Assembly (NCBI GenBank): GCA_963718295.1
Contig: CAVQYV010000003.1
Span: 16,482 to 80,481 of the forward strand
Direction: 5' to 3'
DNA from: an uncultured Methylomirabilota bacterium
GTDB lineage: Bacteria; Methylomirabilota; Methylomirabilia; CAVQYV01
DNA length: 64,000 bases
Positions 37,751 through 46,978 of this stretch are shown here, in pieces (position 1 is the first letter of the stretch; every line of letters begins with the position of its first letter). A program made the position numbers and the translations under genes. The notes beneath the pieces were generated by a model that saw nothing but the letters and a program-made list of their open reading frames with translations, did not search any database and was not told where the DNA came from.

Positions 37751-39109
37751 ATGAATTGGCAACGCATAGCCATCATAGCCCTGCTGTCAATCCTGAGCCT
37801 GATCGCGACCTTGGTCTTGGCCCAGTCCCCTCCTGGTAGGCTCGCGGACCCCCAGGATCCCTTCTTTCCAACTCGTCTCTCAGCGGAGGGGGGAAAGGCC
37901 CTCAAGGTCTCTGACTTCGAGCCCCCTGAAGACTGTGGAGAATGCCATGAGCAGCTCTACCAGCAATGGGAAGGCGGGATGCATGCCAATGCCTGGAAGG
38001 ATCCAGCCTACACCGCGCTCCATCATCTGGCCAGCAAGGAGACCAATGGCCTGGTGGATCGTTATTGCGTTGGGTGCCACACTCCAATTGGAGTCCTGGT
38101 GGGAGAGGTGAAACCGGGGCAGGGATTTGCGGTGAGTGAGCTATCCCAAAAGGGAGTGCAGTGCGATTTCTGCCATACCGTATCGGGAAGCAAGGGAATC
38201 GGGAATGTTGCCGCAATTTCCTCTCCTGGGCCGATCAAGCGAGGTCCATTCAAGGATAGCGAATCCCCGGCCCACCAGACCGCCTACTCCGAGCTTCACA
38301 CCCGGGCTGAATTCTGCGGTATGTGCCACGATGTCTATCATCCGGTCAACGGACTGCCCCTGGAGAAGACCTACACCGAATGGGCTGAGGGTCCTTATCC
38401 GGCGCGAGGTGTGAAATGCCAGGACTGTCATATGACGCCCGGGGTCACCAAATTCCAGAAGAACCCCGGAACCGCTGCCCTGATAGGGGCACCGGAGCGG
38501 GAACATATCTGGACCCACAAGATCGTGGGCGCCAACGCCTCCATGACCGCGCTTCTGGGATTCAAAGACCATAGCCAGGCCGCCCTGGAGAGGTTGAGAG
38601 CCGCAGCCACTGTGGAAGTCCTGAGCCCTGGCCGGGCCCGGGCGGGCGATTTGGCCATTGTGAAAGTCAAGGTGACCAATGTGGGAGCCGGCCATTTCTT
38701 GCCCACCGGCCTGACCGAGAGCCGTGAGATGTGGCTGGAGGTGGTCGTAACCGGCCCTGCCGGCGAAAAGCTGCTTCACTCCGGAAAGGTGGATGAAAAA
38801 GGAGACCTGGATCCCGAGGCCGTCCTCTATCATACGGTCTTCGCCAATGCCAAAGGGGAGCCGGTGGGGGCCCGCGTCTGGGAGGCCGACTACTTGCTCT
38901 GGGATCATCGGATTCCTCCCCTGGGCCATGCCCTCGAGAGATTCAGCTTTCAAGTTCCGCCAGGGGTGAAAGGCCAGTGTCAGGTGGAGGCCAAGCTGCT
39001 CTATCGCTCCTTCCCCCAGGACCTGGTGAATCTCCTTTTCGGTGAAAAGGCTCCATCATGGCCCATCTACGAGATGACCCGGGCGAAAGGCTCCTTCCAT
39101 ACAGACTGA
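37751..39109 (+). CDS. Periplasmic pentaheme c-type cytochrome
   Basis: Start after an AGGAGG RBS (MNWQRIAIIALLSILSLIATLVLA signal). Five CxxCH motifs: CGECH, CVGCH, CDFCH, CGMCH, CQDCH. Confidence 0.85.
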   Translation: MNWQRIAIIALLSILSLIATLVLAQSPPGRLADPQDPFFPTRLSAEGGKALKVSDFEPPEDCGECHEQLYQQWEGGMHANAWKDPAYTALHHLASKETNGLVDRYCVGCHTPIGVLVGEVKPGQGFAVSELSQKGVQCDFCHTVSGSKGIGNVAAISSPGPIKRGPFKDSESPAHQTAYSELHTRAEFCGMCHDVYHPVNGLPLEKTYTEWAEGPYPARGVKCQDCHMTPGVTKFQKNPGTAALIGAPEREHIWTHKIVGANASMTALLGFKDHSQAALERLRAAATVEVLSPGRARAGDLAIVKVKVTNVGAGHFLPTGLTESREMWLEVVVTGPAGEKLLHSGKVDEKGDLDPEAVLYHTVFANAKGEPVGARVWEADYLLWDHRIPPLGHALERFSFQVPPGVKGQCQVEAKLLYRSFPQDLVNLLFGEKAPSWPIYEMTRAKGSFHTD

Positions 39110-39352
39110 CCACGGGGGGGAGATTGACTGAGGGATCCCCACCCTATCGTTCTGGCAACCGGGGGAAGGGCCCCTCGTTGGGCCCACGAGATGAGTTGTG
39201 CTGCTCTTCCTCCATCTTGAGGATTTCGACCCGCCTTTCCCACATGTGAAAGCTTATCAGGTCATGACCCATCCCGGCCTCAAATCCTGCCCGCAGGCCA
39301 TCTCTTCGAAACGGAACATGAGGAGTCTGGAAGAAGCACGAATCTAAGAATC

Positions 39353-40208
39353 ATGAATCGCGCCACCCGTTCACTTTCACTTGCAGCCATGGCGGCATGC
39401 GGGTTTCTCACCACCCTGGCCTTCCCGGGTATTCTGGGACCGGGGAATTACAGTACCCCAAACGGGGTCATATCGCCGCCCCCCGTGGATGCAAAGACCC
39501 TGCATGAGGTCCCCTCCGACGGATACCGGGTCCTTGCAGCCTATCCTCACGATCGAGCCGCCTTCACCCAAGGGTTGGTCTTTGAAGATGGCTTCCTCTA
39601 TGAAGGGACAGGCCTGAATGGGCACTCCTCCCTCCGAAAGGTGGCATTGGAAACAGGAGCCATCCTGAAGCGGCGCGACCTGCCCGCTGAATTCTTCGGC
39701 GAGGGGATCACCATCTACCGAGACCGGATCATTCAGCTGACCTGGCAATCCCATGTCGGATTCCTATACGATAAAGATAGCTTTGAGCTCATAGGGAAAT
39801 TCAGCTATCCCACGGAGGGCTGGGGAATCACCCATGATGAAAGGCGTCTCATTGTAAGCGACGGTACAGCCACACTGCATTTCTTGGATCCCGAGACCTT
39901 CGCGGAAATCGGTCGAATTGAGGTCCGCGATCGTCATGGGAAGGTGTTCCGACCTCAATGAGTTAGAGTACGTCAAAGGCGAGATCTACGCCAATGTTTG
40001 GCAAACCGACCGCATCGCAAGGATCTCTCCTGCGTCGGGCAGGGTGATAGGATGGATCGATCTAGTGGGACTCTTGGGGCCAAAAGACTGCGAAAACCCA
40101 GTTGATGTCCTCAATGGCATAGCGTATGATGCAAAGCACGATCGCCTGTTTGTGACTGGAAAATTTTGGCCAAGGCTTTTTCAGGTTGACCTGGCTGCTC
40201 CGAAATGA
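39353..40208 (+). CDS. Glutaminyl-peptide cyclotransferase (plant/bacterial QC, PF05096-like) with an apparent frameshift near 39945
   Basis: The frame-2 part has YTQGLVFEDGFLYEGTGLNGHSSLR...FGEGITIYRDRIIQLTWQ...EGWGITHD. The frame-3 part has LNELEYVKGEIYANVWQTDRIARI...VLNGIAYD...DRLFVTGKFWP. The frames switch at ttcc/gacc. Confidence 0.7.
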
Positions 40209-40265
40209 CAGAGGGTTTGATCGGCGCTCCATCTTTGCGGATCTTTCCCAACAAGGAGTGAATAG

Positions 40266-40706
40266 ATGGCCATATTCCGTGATCGTCCGTACGGCAATGC
40301 CCGATTCTCGGTCGAGGTGAACGACTCAAGGCTGCAGGACGTAATCGAGGTCCATCTCCCGGAGATGGCAATCGACCTGGGAGAAATCCGAGGGGGAGAC
40401 GCGATCCCGTTATCGAGTCACAAATTTGCGAGAAGGCCGCGTCTCGGCAACCTCCTCCTCAAGAGGGGATTTCGGGGTTCCTTGGATTGGTACGAGTGGT
40501 GGAAGCAGGCTGCAAGCGGAGACCCTGACCCCTATCGCACCACGATAGTCTCTCTGTTGAGCGAGGATAGGTCAGCGGTGGTGGCCAGATGGAAGCTCAA
40601 AGATGCCTTCCCAGTTCGTTACTCCTATTCCCCACTGGACGGAACAGATGGAGGCATCTTCGTCGAGGTGATCGAGATCGCCTGTCAAGACGTCGAAATG
40701 GAATGA
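40266..40706 (+). CDS. T4 gp19-like phage tail tube / eCIS tube family protein (TIGR02241/PF06841-like), orphan
   Basis: 146 aa. MAIFRDRPYGNARFSVEV...KFARRPRLGNLLLKRG...DWYEWW...IVSLLSEDRSAVVARWKLKDAFPVRYSYSPLDGTDGGIFVEVIEIACQ matches conserved blocks of Pvc1/Afp1/gp19-type tube proteins. No sheath or baseplate genes are nearby. Confidence 0.6.
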   Translation: MAIFRDRPYGNARFSVEVNDSRLQDVIEVHLPEMAIDLGEIRGGDAIPLSSHKFARRPRLGNLLLKRGFRGSLDWYEWWKQAASGDPDPYRTTIVSLLSEDRSAVVARWKLKDAFPVRYSYSPLDGTDGGIFVEVIEIACQDVEME

Positions 40707-40781
40707 GAATGGCACGAAATCGATTGCAAGACCTGGTTACAAGGTGGCTACGACGTCGATTAGATTCCTCAGGAACACGCC

Positions 40782-41357
40782 ATGACAGCTGAAATCGGGA
40801 TGAGAGAGAACGACCAAGAGCGGTTTGAATTGGCTCGCTGGCTGATTGGGAGATATGACCGACTTCTCTCATCGACAGCCACTGGTTCCGCTGTTGTTTT
40901 GCTCACCGATGGCCTGCTGCTCTTGGCGGTAACCCTCCTGGTGGGAAAGACGCCATCGGCTGGCCTTCCATTCTATACCACGGTGGATCTTCTTTTCGTG
41001 GTCTGTGTGGGGGCGACGGTCTTCCTTCTCTTTCTCTCTATCTTTTTCGCTTCTTGGGCCATTGCTCGGCCTCGGATCGAGAGAGGCGAGGCAGGGGAGG
41101 ACGGCAATAGGCAGGGTATCTTGTTCTTTGATTCCCGGGGCACGGCAAGGGCATTTCGGGAACTGAAAGACTTCGAGGAGGCGTTCAGGGACGCCACCCG
41201 GGAAGAGATGATCCACCATGGCCTGGCGGAGCTCTTCTCGGTCATCAGGGCTGACCATCACCGCAACCAAAGGCTCAAGCAGGCCATTTTACCCTTGCTC
41301 ATCTCCCTGGCTCCATTCTTAGGATCCATCATGATATTGCTCGTCCGATCCCTCTGA
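40782..41357 (+). CDS. Hypothetical 2-TM membrane protein
   Basis: 191 aa. The N-terminal amphipathic helix is followed by two hydrophobic helices (VVLLTDGLLLLAVTLLVG; LLFVVCVGATVFLLFLSIFFASWAI), then a charged C-terminal helical region. Confidence 0.5.
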   Translation: MTAEIGMRENDQERFELARWLIGRYDRLLSSTATGSAVVLLTDGLLLLAVTLLVGKTPSAGLPFYTTVDLLFVVCVGATVFLLFLSIFFASWAIARPRIERGEAGEDGNRQGILFFDSRGTARAFRELKDFEEAFRDATREEMIHHGLAELFSVIRADHHRNQRLKQAILPLLISLAPFLGSIMILLVRSL

Positions 41358-41657
41358 TAGCGCGGCCTGACCCTTCTTTGCTTCCCGCAGACCACCGATC
41401 CGTCGAATCATCTTGTAACACAAGCCTACGCTCTTGCTTTCAGCCAGAGCTCAGAAAGAAAAGAGCCAATCATATCTGGAGTTGGACCTCCTCCTCAGGA
41501 GAGGAGATCGATAACGAAAGAGGTCACATGAGGGAACCCCTTTCCCCTTCCCGAGGCGCCGGGCCGGTTGGAACTCGACTCGAGAAAACGGTACCCCTTC
41601 ATTCGGGGTTGGGCGGATTGGTGCTCAAACATCCGCCGCGACCGTGTGCTAAATGAG

Positions 41658-42944
41658 ATGAAGCTGCGGACGGCAAATCAGGACAGCCTCAGTGCCAGGG
41701 TGTCCACGGATTGGATGGATCCCCAATGGGACGAATATCTGAGCCGGGCCCCCCTGGGGCAGTTCCAGCAGTCCAGTTTGTGGGCACGAGCGAAGAAGAT
41801 TGAAGGCTGGGAGCCCACAAGGGTTCTGTTTTTGGGTAATGACCAGATCGCGGGCGGCTTTCAGGTGCTTTCAAGACGCGCTCGTTTCGGCGGCCGCATC
41901 GGATATGTCAGCAAGGGGCCAGTGCCTTCCCCTGAGTCCAATGAAATCAAAGAGTTCGCTGTCCGCCAACTCCTGGCCATCACACGAGATCGAAACCTCG
42001 CAGTTATCACGGTTCAACCGCCTGACAGGAGCGTGCTCTTGTCAGGATTGCTGACTCAGAACGGGTTCTTGCCGAATCGTCTCCTGGGTGCCTTGACAGC
42101 TAACCTGGTAATTGACTTGTCTCCTGGGATAAAAGAGATTGAAACCCGCATGCGTCCTCACACCAGACAGGAAATCAGACAAGCTGTAAGGAGGGGAGTA
42201 AAAATCAGGGAGGGCGACGATGCGGATCTTGCAGCTTTTTTCCGCCTCATGCTGGCAACCTGCCAGAGACAGCAGACCGAACCGAATCCGGGGAGTGAAG
42301 CTGCATTACGGGAGATGTGGATCGCCCTTCATGCTGGTGGCCATGTCAGGCTCTCCTTTGCTGAGTATGGGGGAGAGACTGTAGCTGGACTGTTCACCAT
42401 TCCTTTCGGAAAGCGCGTGACTTTCTGGAAAAAAGGATGGTCTGGAGAACACCGAGATTTGCATCCGAACCAACTTCTTTTTTGGGAAGCCATCGAATGG
42501 TCTACCTCCAACGGATTCGAATCCTGCGATTTTGGCGGAATGGACGTCCGACTCGCTCGAGCCATTCTGTCTGGCGGGACTCTGACCGAGGAGATGAGGC
42601 GCAGCAGAGACTTCTTCAACCTTGGCTTTGGTGGATGTCCAACCATCCTGCCGGAAGCGTTTGTCTATCTCTCTCATCCTGTCTTCAGGCTCATCTACAA
42701 GGGCTTAGCCAGCGGCTTTTTCGCAGGCGCTTCCCGGAGATTTCGGAGATTCATCCGTACCCTCTTCAGGTCCATGGGGTCCTCCCGCGATTCAGGGGGG
42801 TTTGGGTTAGGTTTCCAAGGGGTTGCGAAACACAGCGGCCAGATCCCGCAACCAGATTCTTGGGCTGGAAATGACTCGGCGCTCTTCGCGTTCTCGGCAT
42901 TATCATCCCAGGGCACACAAGGTAAATGGCCCGTGGCTTTCTGA
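41658..42944 (+). CDS. FemAB-family (GNAT-fold, Acetyltransf_6-like) protein; possibly PEP-CTERM/EPS-associated
   Basis: Start at M 41658 (the listed ORF extends upstream). About 428 aa with FemAB-like architecture and LFWEAIEWSTSNGFESCDFGG, the family signature LxWxAIxxAxxxG. Confidence 0.65.
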   Translation: MKLRTANQDSLSARVSTDWMDPQWDEYLSRAPLGQFQQSSLWARAKKIEGWEPTRVLFLGNDQIAGGFQVLSRRARFGGRIGYVSKGPVPSPESNEIKEFAVRQLLAITRDRNLAVITVQPPDRSVLLSGLLTQNGFLPNRLLGALTANLVIDLSPGIKEIETRMRPHTRQEIRQAVRRGVKIREGDDADLAAFFRLMLATCQRQQTEPNPGSEAALREMWIALHAGGHVRLSFAEYGGETVAGLFTIPFGKRVTFWKKGWSGEHRDLHPNQLLFWEAIEWSTSNGFESCDFGGMDVRLARAILSGGTLTEEMRRSRDFFNLGFGGCPTILPEAFVYLSHPVFRLIYKGLASGFFAGASRRFRRFIRTLFRSMGSSRDSGGFGLGFQGVAKHSGQIPQPDSWAGNDSALFAFSALSSQGTQGKWPVAF

Positions 42945-42953
42945 GGAGCAGGA

Positions 42954-43812
42954 TTGGTGAAGAAAGTCATCGAGATAGAGTCTCCCGATGTGGCTGAGTG
43001 GGATGCCCTGGTCAGAGAACACCCCTGGGGGAGGATCTGCCACCTATCTGCTTGGCGCCAGGCTATTGAAAGCAGCTTTGGGCATATCAAAGGCCATTTC
43101 CTTAGCTTCAAGGAGGATCGATCAGAGAGGATAACCGGCGGAATAGCGGTCTACGCTGTTAAGAAGTCGGCTATTGGGAAATCGGATCGTCAGTGTGCCG
43201 TTTGCCCCATTGAGCGACCCCCTGATCTCTTCCCCGGAAGACTTGGATTTGTTGCTGCCCCATCTGATCCGTCTGGCGAGGCAAGCGAATGCGAGCCGCA
43301 TTGAAATCAGGGCCTTCCGGGCCGCCTCTTTGCTTCATGATCTTCGGCTGGGCAAGAGCACGTTCTACAAACACCACTACTTGCTGCTCGACCGAACTCT
43401 CGAAGAAATCAGGAGAAGTTTCAGTCGAACTGCTGTGCTGCAAGTGTTATCGAAGGCTCACGGGGGCGGATTTAAAATCGAGGAAGGCAAGGCGGTATTG
43501 GCGTTGGAGGCCTTTTACGCTCTGTTCACCCAGTCCCGTCGAAGGCTTGGCCTGCCGCCAATTCCCTATCGCTTTTTCTTTTCACTGTGGGAAGTATTCG
43601 GGCGCTCCGATCATCTTGCGCTCTTGTTCGCAAGACACAGGGGGGACATCATAGGGGGCGTACTGTCTCTCAAGTTCAAGGATACCTTCGCCTTGGAGTA
43701 TTCCGCCGACCTGGACAAATACCGAAAGCTCGGAGTCGTTCAGTTCCTTTACTGGGAGGCAATCAAGCTGGCCTTCGAACTGGGTGAGATCTGTTATCGC
43801 AATATAAGGTAG
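42954..43812 (+). CDS. Second FemAB-family protein with an apparent frameshift at 43176-43181
   Basis: The frame-3 N-terminus (CHLSAWRQAIESSFGH...AVKKSAIG) continues in frame 1 (NRIVSVPFAPLSDP...LEYSADLDKYRKLGVVQFLYWEAIKLAFELG). An extra a in ggg-aaa-tcg restores AIGNRIV. Confidence 0.65.
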
Positions 43813-44122
43813 GGCTCATGGACCCCTGGATGCTTGAGGTCTCATACAGGGTGCAAACCTGCAGAGAGTTGTCTACCAGGGCCGAGGCCACGATCCTGGA
43901 CCGGGTAGATTCCACCCGTTGACCCGGGTGAGAAAGGAGATCTTCCCGCACCCTTGCATCCCAAACATCTGGACGCCCTCGATCTCTCTGATCTTGATAT
44001 AGTGGAGGTTTCCGGGAGCACCTGATCTGACTTACCTGGGCATAACCCCTTCCCCACCTTAATCACTTTTCCTTGGAAGGTCCTACTTTTTCTCGACGTC
44101 TCTCCCCTGTCGTCCCGAAAGT

Positions 44123-44176
44123 CGAAAGTTGTTTTAAAATCAACGCCCCCTGGGGTTGGTGTCCCCCGGGGGTCGG
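44123..44176 (+). repeat. Third copy of the convergent-junction repeat (aagttgttttaaaatcaacgccccctggggttggtgtcccccggggg)
   Basis: Matches the 15517-15545 head and the 15594-15616 hairpin tail. It lies between a plus-strand FemAB gene end and a minus-strand membrane-protein gene end. Confidence 0.45.
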
Positions 44177-44184
44177 TCCTGCCA

Positions 44185-44487
44185 TTAGCCTAATGGGTTA
44201 ACAAGAAGTGCGATTGGCAACAATAGGATCAGTGTTGTTAAAAGCCACCAGTTGGCTGATTCGGTATCCCCTCGCCTCTTTTTCGAAATACCTTTTGCTG
44301 TCGTTGCGACGGCTGCGGTCGCCGCCAAAAGCACAACGGCTAAAGCCATGTACCCGCGGTTAGCGCAGCCAAAGACAGTTTTCGGGGTGAAATACAGCCA
44401 GACAAGTGCGGCCGGCGCAATCGCAGGCAGGACCAAATGTCGAAATAATCTTTGCTTGGATATAGACGTCTGGTCCAAATTCGCCAT
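44185..44487 (-). CDS. Small 3-TM membrane protein (100 aa), paralog A
   Basis: MANLDQTSISKQRLFRHLVLPAIAPAALVWLYF... A near-identical paralog lies at 58221..58523, with about 88% nt identity extending 30 nt into the 5' flank. Confidence 0.6.
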   Translation of the reverse strand: MANLDQTSISKQRLFRHLVLPAIAPAALVWLYFTPKTVFGCANRGYMALAVVLLAATAAVATTAKGISKKRRGDTESANWWLLTTLILLLPIALLVNPLG

Positions 44488-44670
44488 ATGCTTTCTATGC
44501 TCTCATGCCTCTAAGCTGCCCGAAACGGGATCGGTGTGCTGTATGATTGGGTGCTACCCTTCCATGGAGAGCAAGGCCTCACCGACAAAGCTTGAAAGAG
44601 GAGCACTGTAACGAACGCCTTCGTTTTCGAAGGACTTGTATCCTGCTCCTGTTTTCTCTACATGCATGAA

Positions 44671-45042
44671 TCATTCTTTCACAATGACTATGATGGTATC
44701 TTTCTTCATCTCGATACTTTTTGCGGGCTGCCAGGGGCTCGCGATCTTAATATATACCGTATATCCGGTCTCCTCTTTCACAAAGATCCCCGCGGTCTCA
44801 TCACTGCCCCTGGAAGTCACTCCCGGATGACTCCCATAGAAAGCCATCACTTTTTTCACGCTGTCTCCGGTCCTGTAACAGTATCCATCAGCCCCTGCCG
44901 TCTTCCTCAAGAAATCTGTTTCCTCGGTGTCCAGCCAGGCTCCTCCATACACCGCGGTGCCAAAGTGCTCTGCGCCATAAAGGAAAGCGAAAGAGGCAAA
45001 GACCGCAATCAGTACCGTAAGGCTGAACGTAACCTGTCGCAT
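44671..45042 (-). CDS. Small secreted hypothetical protein
   Basis: 123 aa with an N-terminal signal/TM (MRQVTFSLTVLIAVFASFAFLYGA). No family recognised. Lower GC. Confidence 0.45.
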   Translation of the reverse strand: MRQVTFSLTVLIAVFASFAFLYGAEHFGTAVYGGAWLDTEETDFLRKTAGADGYCYRTGDSVKKVMAFYGSHPGVTSRGSDETAGIFVKEETGYTVYIKIASPWQPAKSIEMKKDTIIVIVKE

Positions 45043-45054
45043 ACCAGTTACCCC

Positions 45055-45912
45055 CTATTTCTTCACTAATTCGACCCTGCGGTTCTTCGCTCTGCCTTCC
45101 TCGGTCTTATTGTCCGCAATCGGTTTATCTTGCCCATGCCCTATGGAGCTCAGGCGCTTGGCATCAATGCCCTGGGCTACGATTGCTGTCACCACAGCCT
45201 TCGCCCGGTTGTCAGAAAGCATCTTGTTGGATTTCGGGTTACCTACGTTGTCTGTATGGCCTTCTACGCTTATCTTGATTTCAGGGTTTGCCTTCAGCAT
45301 CTGGACGATCTGCTCAATGATTACTTTGGATTCAGGCTTGATGGCCGATTTGCCCGTATCAAAGTTTATGTAAAGAGCTATGTGGCCATCGCGAGTTAGC
45401 GCGTTAAGCATGTCGCTTGCTGTGACATCCTGTTTCATTGCCTCTTTCGCAACGACGGTGAGGTAATAGTCGCCTCCGCCATTGAATGGCACGACTTCCA
45501 CCCAAAGCTCGCTGCTGCCTTTAATGACCTTTCCAACCACCATACGGTAGCCGCAGTTTTCGGCACAATCTGCGCCGGAACACAATCCATCGAACAGGAT
45601 AGTTCCTCCCATGTTCTTAACCGCATTCACATAGTTGCGTGATATTTGAAGTTCGCTGGATTCTTTAGCGTCTTCCTTCAATGTGTAGGCTCTATGATGT
45701 TTCTTTCCTTCTACCGTAATACAGTCTTTGCCATTAAAGAAACGGTAATCAGCAAACTCCTGATCTGCGGCATCAATTATTTTGTAATTTGGCATCCCTG
45801 AGAAAAATGGTGTGTCCTTGAAATCGGATTCTGCTCCTGCCTCAGAAGGTGCCCCGGAGATCATAAGACAGACGATACAAGAAACCCATATACTTCTTGA
45901 TTTGTTTAGCAT
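45055..45912 (-). CDS. OmpA-family protein (C-terminal OmpA peptidoglycan-binding domain)
   Basis: Start at MLNKSRSIWVSCIVCLMISGAPSEA, a signal peptide. The C-terminus has SVEGHTDNVGNPKSNKMLSDNRAKAV and NRRVELV OmpA motifs. Confidence 0.8.
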   Translation of the reverse strand: MLNKSRSIWVSCIVCLMISGAPSEAGAESDFKDTPFFSGMPNYKIIDAADQEFADYRFFNGKDCITVEGKKHHRAYTLKEDAKESSELQISRNYVNAVKNMGGTILFDGLCSGADCAENCGYRMVVGKVIKGSSELWVEVVPFNGGGDYYLTVVAKEAMKQDVTASDMLNALTRDGHIALYINFDTGKSAIKPESKVIIEQIVQMLKANPEIKISVEGHTDNVGNPKSNKMLSDNRAKAVVTAIVAQGIDAKRLSSIGHGQDKPIADNKTEEGRAKNRRVELVKK

Positions 45913-46065
45913 GGTGCCTCCTTTCTTCCTCCATTTTTTGTGATATCCTGTGGCCAAAGGTCATGATCAGCCGCTCGTATAGCGAGCGAAGCGATTCGGC
46001 TGCAACGCGAGGTTGGGCGGCAATGAATGAACGGGATACTGTGCTGCCGACCTTATTTTACCGTC

Positions 46066-46725
46066 TCATTTCTTGAGATGCTTCCGAAGAAACCTGATGG
46101 TTCGTTCCCATGCTACCTCCGCGGCTCGGGCATTGCAGGCGTCTGCTCGGTCAGACTCAAAGAACCAATGACTGGTGTCAGGGTAGACGAAAAACTCGGC
46201 CACTCTGCCTACCTTTTCGAGACTCTTCTTGAGTTTCTTGAGCGCCGCATCCGAAACCCAGTTATCCTCTTCTGCAAAGTGACCCAGGAAGGCAGCCCGA
46301 CTACGGGTGTAATCTCCCGCCCGTGCGCCATAGAACGTCACGGCTGCTCCAATCGGCAACTCGGGCCGTTGCGATAGCCAGAGAGCCCAATGTCCACCCA
46401 TGGAAAATCCCACAACCCCAATGGTTGACCCTTGAACCGCTGGGTGAACGGAAAGTTGCTCGATGACCCGGATAAGCGTTTTGTATGTCGGTTCTCTCTT
46501 CGGCTTCGCACGCAGTCGTTTTGCGCCTGTGATGGTGGTGGCGACTTGGCCTCCAAACAAATCGGGAGCGACCGCAACAAAGCCTTCCTTGGCGAATCGC
46601 TCACAGACACATTTGAAGAATTCATTCAACCCCCACCAACCGTGGATTACGAGCACGCCAGTGCCTTTCCCCGAAGGTGGCAGGGCGGTGTATACATTTG
46701 CGGACTGCGGTGTTTTTCCAGGCAT
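46066..46725 (-). CDS. Dienelactone hydrolase family alpha/beta hydrolase
   Basis: 219 aa with GVLVIHGWWGLNEFFKCVCERFAKEGFVAVAPDLFGG, a nucleophile elbow GFSMGG and a C-terminal H. Confidence 0.8.
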   Translation of the reverse strand: MPGKTPQSANVYTALPPSGKGTGVLVIHGWWGLNEFFKCVCERFAKEGFVAVAPDLFGGQVATTITGAKRLRAKPKREPTYKTLIRVIEQLSVHPAVQGSTIGVVGFSMGGHWALWLSQRPELPIGAAVTFYGARAGDYTRSRAAFLGHFAEEDNWVSDAALKKLKKSLEKVGRVAEFFVYPDTSHWFFESDRADACNARAAEVAWERTIRFLRKHLKK

Positions 46726-46978
46726 CTACGTTTCTGCATCCGATGGGGATGACTGAGTTAGCCCCCCCGATGCCAAAGTCAGTGGCGCCTTTTGGCCATC
46801 TTCTGAAGTGTTAGACAGTGCACGGCTCTGGTTGTAGGACATTGCGGGGTTCTCGACTCCAGACCGCGTCTATGTAAGACCCAGAGGTGGAAAGTATCGC
46901 CTTGATGGTCCATATTAAGTCGGCAGCAGAACTCTCTTTCGCTCTCCGCAGCTTGCCAATCATTTCCTGTTATATCAA

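Noticed and set aside
43880-43960. tRNA-like T-arm (cgggt-agattcc-acccg) considered as a possible tRNA or integration target near the island edge.
   Set aside because: The loop does not match the TTCRANY T-loop. No acceptor/anticodon structure or CCA context is present.
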